64,000 bases of DNA from a bacterium (GTDB lineage Bacteria > Zhuqueibacterota > Zhuqueibacteria > Residuimicrobiales > Krinioviventaceae): contig CAXXFV010000016.1 in NCBI GenBank assembly GCA_963674595.2, positions 704,001-768,000 of the forward strand, in the 5' to 3' direction. A program made the position numbers and the translations under genes. The notes below the pieces were generated by a model that was not told the DNA's origin, made no database searches, and saw only the letters and a list, made by a program, of their open reading frames with translations. This document shows positions 62,620-64,000 of this stretch, piece by piece (position 1 is the first letter of the stretch; every line of letters starts with the position of its first letter).

Positions 62620-64000
62620 ATGAAATTTAAAACGCTATTTTTATGTTTATCTGTTTTTTTCATAACTGCTTCGGTCAATGGCCAGGCTGTTTATGAAAGA
62701 CTCATCTATTCTCATCCTTTAACTGATGGTTCCGCTGTAGCAGGTGAAACCATAACCCGTACCGGCGGTACATTTTTACCGGATAGTGGCTGGAAAGCGG
62801 ATACGGAAACCAGTCAGTTGATTATTAATCTGTCACAAACTTTACCATTTGAAGGAATGTTTGTCATTGATGTAACCAATTTTGACCCGGTTTCGCAGAA
62901 TGTGGCTGATAAACAACAAATAATAAATTTGTATTCTCGGTTATATTCAAATAACAAAGATATTTTTTATACGGTTGGTTCCTGGTGGAACGTTCGCACC
63001 GGAATTGGATATTCAGATGGACCGGGTGTGGCAGGATTCAAGTTTTTATCCGCACCTAAGGGGCTTGATACACGGGAAGAAATTCGTTGTATTCAAAGTG
63101 CAACCTGGGACCTGACCCGGACCTATGAGTTTAAAATCATCTGGAACCAGACAAATATTTACTGTTATCTGGACGATGTTGAGTTGGCTAATTTGAATTT
63201 TAATGGTCAGGTAGAGCCGTTTAAATATATTTTAATTGGCAGAGATAACATAGATATTTACAGAGGTCAGCCTGGTGTTGTTTACTCAAACTTGAGAATT
63301 TATGGTCCGGAACTTCCTCCTGAAGATATTACGCCTCCTGTTGTAAGCAATATCGGCAATATTCAGAATAACAAGATACGCTTGTTTTTTAGTGAAAATA
63401 TTGATAACGTTTCTGCTGAGAATGTTAATAATTATGTAATTAATCCGGCTATTTCTGTTTTATCTTCCACTTTATTAGAAGATAGCAGAACTGTAGAGTT
63501 ACTGGTATCCGGTTTTTCGGACAATAATGATTATTCCATTTCAATATCAAATGTTGCTGATAAAAGTGAGAATGCAAATAAAATTGATACGACTTTTGTA
63601 TATCATCACCCACCGGTTTTTAATGTTGCCGATATTTCCAGAACAGGCTATTATTTAAAGTCGGTCACATATGGTGACAGTGTTTACATCGACAGGGGAT
63701 ATGTCTTTACGGAGTTACCCGGTATTTTAAATAGTTATAAATATTTAATAACTGCGAATGGTGATAAGCTGCAATCCGACCCTGAATTCCTGACATTTAA
63801 TGTTAACATGGAAGCTAGTGTGATTGTTGCTTATGACAGTACATCGGCCCAAATTCCTTCCTGGCTTGCTCAATGGCAAAAATTATCTCTAATTGTAAAA
63901 AGTGACGATACGGTTTATGAATGTTATACGAAAAGTGTATCACCTTTTGAGGTTGTTTTGGGAGGCAATAGCAGCGGTACGTCATCCAGTATGTATCTTG
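62620..64000 (+). CDS. Large secreted protein with an Ig-like domain (3'-truncated by the window edge)
   Basis: Absent from the ORF track. The frame is open from ATG 62620 (MKFKTLFLCLSVFFITASVNGQ..) to the window end and contains DITPPVV...LFFSENID..SAENVNNY...SNVADKSEN. Confidence 0.8.
   Translation, partial: MKFKTLFLCLSVFFITASVNGQAVYERLIYSHPLTDGSAVAGETITRTGGTFLPDSGWKADTETSQLIINLSQTLPFEGMFVIDVTNFDPVSQNVADKQQIINLYSRLYSNNKDIFYTVGSWWNVRTGIGYSDGPGVAGFKFLSAPKGLDTREEIRCIQSATWDLTRTYEFKIIWNQTNIYCYLDDVELANLNFNGQVEPFKYILIGRDNIDIYRGQPGVVYSNLRIYGPELPPEDITPPVVSNIGNIQNNKIRLFFSENIDNVSAENVNNYVINPAISVLSSTLLEDSRTVELLVSGFSDNNDYSISISNVADKSENANKIDTTFVYHHPPVFNVADISRTGYYLKSVTYGDSVYIDRGYVFTELPGILNSYKYLITANGDKLQSDPEFLTFNVNMEASVIVAYDSTSAQIPSWLAQWQKLSLIVKSDDTVYECYTKSVSPFEVVLGGNSSGTSSSMYL

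Overview
Bacterial window, probably from an FCB-group organism such as candidate division KSB1 or Calditrichota. This is inferred from a PorV-like gene, a 'QNYPNPFNP' T9SS-type C-terminal domain and many glycoside hydrolases and sulfatases. From 1 to 25 kb it carries Mla-type ABC genes, a double esterase, phosphatases, glycan-utilisation genes, and an unusual three-gene operon: an ATP-grasp ligase fused to a degenerate M20 domain, a non-canonical gamma-glutamyltransferase, and an N-formylglutamate amidohydrolase. From about 25 to 49 kb is an accessory tract of unrelated genes, all on the minus strand, separated by degenerate copies of a shared intergenic sequence. It resembles a cassette array, but I found no integrase and no convincing attC site. 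The tract includes a Lamassu/ABC-three-component defence operon whose ATPase gene is broken by both an IS481-family insertion (7-bp target duplication) and a nonsense codon, and an SSS transporter/two cupin/atypical ICL-PEP mutase operon flanked by a ~160-bp direct repeat containing a promoter and hairpin. From 49 to 64 kb are GH151, a sugar porter, a PabB-PabC fusion, GH28, zinc peptidases, PorV, a CTD-only lipoprotein and a truncated Ig-domain secreted protein. No rRNA, tRNA or CRISPR array was seen. All calls are from motif recognition by eye, without database searches.
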